The position numbers were made by a program, and so were the translations under genes. From sequence record NC_019411.1: a stretch of 64,000 nt of DNA; one strand, written 5' to 3'. Positions 60,355-64,000 of the stretch are shown piece by piece (the stretch's first letter is position 1; each line of letters begins with the position of its first letter). The notes under the pieces were generated by a model. The model made no database searches. It was given only the letters and a program-made list of their open reading frames with translations, and had not been told where the DNA came from.

Positions 60355-60633
60355 ATGCGCAAGCCCCTCACCCAAGAGCAAAAGGCCCGCCGCCGCGCCC
60401 AACGCCGCGCCGCCCGCCTCGCCTGGAGCGACGAACGCCGCGCGGCCGAATACGCCCGCCAATCGCGCTTTTTCCTGATGATCGCCGAACGCGCCCAAGC
60501 GGCGGGCGACGCCAAGGAAGCCGCCCGCCTCGCCACCGTCGCCCAACGCAAGGTCACTAACTGGCGCATGGCGCAAGCCTGCGCTCGAATCAACGCCCTG
60601 GCGGTTCACGCCTGGGCTTCCGTCGCCGCCTAA
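60355..60633 (+). CDS. basic Arg/Ala-rich hypothetical protein
   Basis: AAGGA RBS; start MRKPLT. Confidence 0.65.
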   Translation: MRKPLTQEQKARRRAQRRAARLAWSDERRAAEYARQSRFFLMIAERAQAAGDAKEAARLATVAQRKVTNWRMAQACARINALAVHAWASVAA

Positions 60634-60645
60634 GGAGCCGCAACC

Positions 60646-60969
60646 ATGCCCCCGATGACTCACCCTCACGCCCTGGCCTTGATCGCGCTCGCCGAAAAGG
60701 TCTTGCCCCTGACCCGGCTGGACCCGCTGGACCAGCGCGCCGCCGCTGTCGACCTGATCGGCGATCTTTACAGCCTCGCCGACTCCATCGACGCCACCGC
60801 CGGCCACTTGGTCGAGGCCGTCAACGGCGCCTTGCGCGACGGCTGCGAGGGTTACGCGCCCAAGAGCCGCGCCGCCGCCGCTGTCGCCACCGTCCGCGCC
60901 GACGAACTGCGCTCCGCCCTGGAAGCGTACACCGAAGCCGCCGCCCTGGCCCTGCCGAAGGTCGCCTAA
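60646..60969 (+). CDS. hypothetical protein
   Basis: AAGGAG RBS. Confidence 0.7.
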   Translation: MPPMTHPHALALIALAEKVLPLTRLDPLDQRAAAVDLIGDLYSLADSIDATAGHLVEAVNGALRDGCEGYAPKSRAAAAVATVRADELRSALEAYTEAAALALPKVA

Positions 60970-60972
60970 GCC

Positions 60973-61641
60973 ATGTCGCAACGCTACCGCCTCGCGCCCT
61001 CCGCCCGCGTCTCCAAGACGCTTTCGGACCTGCTTTATGCGGCGTCGGAAGTCGTCGCCACGGCGGCGCAATATGAGACGACGCCCGCCGGTCAAACCAA
61101 GCTCGCCAAGATGCGCGGCGACCTGATCACCGAAAGCGCCGGCGCCCTTGTGCGCAAGCCGCCTAGCGCCGTCCTCGCAACCCTCGTTTGGGTTGTCGAA
61201 CTGGCGCAAGCCCGCGCCACGGAAAACGACTTCGGCAACGCTCAAGAGGCGCTGGACGAACACGACGCCTTAGCGTTCGTCGCCGATTGGCTGGAAGCCG
61301 AAGGCGTGGACGTGAGCGACATTCGCGGCGCCGCGCCCTCCGCCGAAGCCTTGGCCGAACTGGTCGCCCGTCGCGACGCCGAACAAGAGGCGCTGGACGC
61401 CCTAGAGCGCCCCGTTCCCCTCATCGCGTCGGATAAGGCCTATGCGCTTGCCGAAGTCTTCGGCGGGCTGATCCCGGCCGCCCTGGCGCTGGGCTATGAA
61501 TTCCACGTCAGGCCCGACGGGCTCGCCCCGCCGCACTACGTCAGCCGCAACGGCGTTCCCGTCGCCGCGTACTACGCCGACAAGGAAGCGCTCGCGCTGG
61601 ACACCCTCGCCATTCACATTGACCAAGCCAAGGAAGCCTAG
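60973..61641 (+). CDS. hypothetical protein
   Basis: packed ORF. Confidence 0.7.
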   Translation: MSQRYRLAPSARVSKTLSDLLYAASEVVATAAQYETTPAGQTKLAKMRGDLITESAGALVRKPPSAVLATLVWVVELAQARATENDFGNAQEALDEHDALAFVADWLEAEGVDVSDIRGAAPSAEALAELVARRDAEQEALDALERPVPLIASDKAYALAEVFGGLIPAALALGYEFHVRPDGLAPPHYVSRNGVPVAAYYADKEALALDTLAIHIDQAKEA

Positions 61642-61644
61642 ACC

Positions 61645-62355
61645 ATGACCGCCCCCGCCCTGACCCGCGCCGCCGCCCTCGAAGCCCTGGAAATCGCCCG
61701 CGCCAACCTCGCCGCCGGTCCTGCCCTGGCCAAGGCCGCCGACGGCGTGACGAATGTGTGTCACTTCGCCCTGACCCGCGCCGCCATGCTCAAGGCCGCC
61801 AACATGATCGCCGCCGCCGCCCCGGCGCTGGACCTGGGCGCCGTCTCGACGGCTGATCTTATCGCCGAACTCTACCGCCGCCCCGTGGCGCTTTGCGTGT
61901 TCGAAGCCGCCGACGTGTTGAGCGAGGCGCCCGGCGCTTTCGACGACGCCGACGACGCGGGCCAATGGCTGGCGAGCAAGTCCAGCTATATCGGCGACGC
62001 GATGAGCGGCGCCGGCTGGGACTCGGTGCGCTATCACCTGACCGCCGACGGCCGGGCGACCGATGACGACGAGGAAGCCGACGACGAGGGCGACGCCCTC
62101 CCCGTCGCCGTGACCTTGGAGCAAGGCGACGCGGTCCCCGTGGTCGGGCGCTTCGCTACCGTGGCGGAGGCTGAAACCTTCCTGGCGTCGCCGATCCGTG
62201 ATCAAGCCGCCCTGGAGGCCGGCCGCTACGGTATCGACGCGCCGCACGGCGTGGCCAGCGACGACGACGCCGTGACCCTGGCGCGGCGCCTGGGCTGGGC
62301 TGGCGTGGCGAACGCGGCCGAAGCCTTGCGCTTCCTGGCCAAAATCGAGCCTTAA
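61645..62355 (+). CDS. Ala-rich hypothetical protein
   Basis: AAGGA RBS. Confidence 0.7.
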   Translation: MTAPALTRAAALEALEIARANLAAGPALAKAADGVTNVCHFALTRAAMLKAANMIAAAAPALDLGAVSTADLIAELYRRPVALCVFEAADVLSEAPGAFDDADDAGQWLASKSSYIGDAMSGAGWDSVRYHLTADGRATDDDEEADDEGDALPVAVTLEQGDAVPVVGRFATVAEAETFLASPIRDQAALEAGRYGIDAPHGVASDDDAVTLARRLGWAGVANAAEALRFLAKIEP

Positions 62356-62546
62356 GCCCGCCTAAGTCATCAAACCGACCGTCTATGACTTGTCACCGGC
62401 CGAACTCTTGCCCGGTGACAGTCTGGGCAAGTAAAGCTCACTCTTGATTTTATGACTTAGCGCAAAAGATTGAAATTGCTCGAAAAATTCCTCGAAGCTC
62501 ACAAAGTCGTTTTCTGGCTGCTTTTGCTGGCCTGTTTGTGGCGCTT

Positions 62547-62580
62547 TTAACGGTTTGTTAACCCCTGGCCCTCTAGGGTC
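62547..62580 (+). promoter_or_regulatory. CtrA-box promoter
   Basis: perfect TTAA-CGGTTTG-TTAAC; CTAGGGTC. Confidence 0.85.
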
Positions 62581-62633
62581 GAATTCCCGGCGCGGCAATC
62601 CCGCCGCCCGGCCTTCCTTCGGAGCTTCTGATC

Positions 62634-63080
62634 ATGTTCGCTTCCGTGACCCTCCCCGCCCATGACGCCCAAGGCCTGAGCCTCGAAACCGTCCACATGG
62701 TTTTCGCCCGTGAACTGGCGCAACACTTCGACCACGTGATTTCCGCCCCCGTGGTCGAAAGCTGGACCGACGAGGACACCGGCGCCGTGCAAGAGCAAGC
62801 CGCCGTCTGCTTCACCGTTTCGGCGACCCCGGCCGCGTGGGAAGCCAAGGGCGGGCGCCTCGCGCGCCGGCTGGAAAACCTCGCCGCGCGCTATGCCGCC
62901 GACTGCGACGCCCCGGCCCTGACCGTCACCCACTGCGACGGCTCGACGGTCTATGTCGGCGCTCTGGAAGCCCTGGCGCGCCCCGCCCCGGTGCAAGGCC
63001 CGACCCGCGACGCGGACCCGGCTTTCCTCCCCCGCCAGCGCGAGGACAAGGCCGCCCGCTTCGATCGCCTGACCGCCTAG
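62634..63080 (+). CDS. hypothetical protein
   Basis: GGAG RBS behind CtrA promoter. Confidence 0.7.
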   Translation: MFASVTLPAHDAQGLSLETVHMVFARELAQHFDHVISAPVVESWTDEDTGAVQEQAAVCFTVSATPAAWEAKGGRLARRLENLAARYAADCDAPALTVTHCDGSTVYVGALEALARPAPVQGPTRDADPAFLPRQREDKAARFDRLTA

Positions 63081-63097
63081 CCCCTGGCCTTCCCCCT

Positions 63098-63132
63098 AGC
63101 GCACCGCCCCTAGAAAGGCGGTGCGCTTTTCT
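63098..63132 (+). terminator. intrinsic terminator
   Basis: AGCGCACCGCC/GGCGGTGCGCT then TTTCT. Confidence 0.75.
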
Positions 63133-63139
63133 GTGTCTG

Positions 63140-63174
63140 TTTACTTGTTGTTAAGGAATAGCCTGCTAGTGTCC
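63140..63174 (+). promoter_or_regulatory. CtrA-box promoter
   Basis: TTTA-CTTGTTG-TTAAG; GCTAGTGTC. Confidence 0.7.
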
Positions 63175-63223
63175 CCTTGTCGGCGGACGCATCCCGCGCC
63201 CGCCCCTTTCTGGATCGCTCCCC

Positions 63224-63616
63224 ATGGCTCGCCCCTCTGACCTGCTCAACGTCAACGCCGCCCGCGTCCTGGCTTGCCTTGAGCCTATCGCCGCCGCCGC
63301 TAAGACCGCCCCGGCCGCCGACCGCGCCGCCCTTTCCTACCTGCTCGACGCTGGCGAGTATGTCGCCGCGTGGCGCCGCAACCTCACGGAAACCGACCGC
63401 CGCAAGGCCTATGGCGCGGCCTGCGCCGCCGAAGCCCTGGCGCTCGCTAACGCCTATCAGCCCGCCACCCTGCAAGGCGGCGCCGTCCGCCGCGCGCTGG
63501 GCGCCTATGCCGCCGCCCTGAAGGTCCTGCTAGACGGGGAGCCGGTCAAGGCGGTGCGCGCCGCCGAAGGCGCGGCGCTTTCGGTCCGCGCTCGCTACGC
63601 CAACACCCGCCTTTAA
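63224..63616 (+). CDS. Ala-rich hypothetical protein
   Basis: behind CtrA promoter. Confidence 0.7.
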   Translation: MARPSDLLNVNAARVLACLEPIAAAAKTAPAADRAALSYLLDAGEYVAAWRRNLTETDRRKAYGAACAAEALALANAYQPATLQGGAVRRALGAYAAALKVLLDGEPVKAVRAAEGAALSVRARYANTRL

Positions 63617-63645
63617 CCTCTTGTTAACACCCCCCGGCTATGGTC
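63613..63645 (+). promoter_or_regulatory. CtrA-box promoter
   Basis: perfect TTAA-CCTCTTG-TTAAC; GCTATGGTC. Confidence 0.85.
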
Positions 63646-63670
63646 GGGGGGTCGCAAGGAGACACCCGAC

Positions 63671-63865
63671 ATGACCCGCCCCGGCCCCGCCTCGCTCCTG
63701 ACCCCGCAAGCCCGCTTCTCGTCGCCGCGCGTCCTGATCCTTCCGGGCGCGGCTCCCATGCCGATTCGCCAGCCGCGCGGCCTTTGCGCCGTCGAGTGCG
63801 TCGCCCTTGGCGTGACGCTGGGCGCGGCGCTCTACCTCGCCGCCCGCGTGTTCGGTCTGGTCTGA
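63671..63865 (+). CDS. small protein with C-terminal TM segment
   Basis: AAGGAG RBS; hydrophobic C-terminus. Confidence 0.6.
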   Translation: MTRPGPASLLTPQARFSSPRVLILPGAAPMPIRQPRGLCAVECVALGVTLGAALYLAARVFGLV

Positions 63866-64000
63866 CCAGACCCCCGCCCGCCCCCGGTCGGACCGGTCGG
63901 GGGTGTGTCCCATAATGACACACCCCCCGCCACCTAGTATCTTTTTTGATTCGGAGGGACCCAAAGGCCCCCTACGTTAACCATTTTTGGCGGCGCCCCC

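Noticed and set aside
62356-62546. Lower-GC intergenic stretch as a separate gene or sRNA
   Set aside because: No convincing ORF or stable structure; probably the upstream region of the 62547 CtrA promoter.
1-64000. tRNA, rRNA, integrase or transposase genes
   Set aside because: No cloverleaf/T-loop signatures or recombinase motifs recognised by eye; tRNAscan-SE or an HMM search would be needed to exclude them formally.

Overview
This window is part of a large, GC-rich lytic phage genome, most likely a phiCbK-like Caulobacter phage. That is an inference from a GcrA homolog, many CtrA boxes, an intein-split terL and a ~9 kb early-type region after terL. Layout: (i) 1-8.5 kb, leftward block with DUF4326, a HAD nucleotidase, an XRE regulator, winged-helix proteins and gcrA; (ii) 8.6-48.2 kb, rightward accessory region of about 90 mostly hypothetical genes, including a phosphohistidine-swivel protein, a metallophosphatase, DUF1937, an HNH nuclease and a Tat-signal protein, punctuated by a repeated TTGACA-N17/18-TAGAAG...GACGACAAC promoter cassette; (iii) 48.2-48.5 kb, a ~29% GC island (candidate origin); (iv) 48.9-54.8 kb, RuvC-like resolvase, putative terS and terL with an atypical intein; (v) 54.8-56.2 kb, several periodic repeat arrays; (vi) 56.3-64 kb, probable terminal-repeat/first-injected genes, most of them behind a CtrA-box promoter. 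No tRNA, rRNA, CRISPR array or integrase was recognised. The most striking observation is an 81-aa ORF translationally coupled to gcrA that consists almost entirely of family-A DNA polymerase palm motifs (RLS..QNIP, motif A, motif C) with the fingers deleted. All homology calls come from motif recognition by eye; no searches were run.
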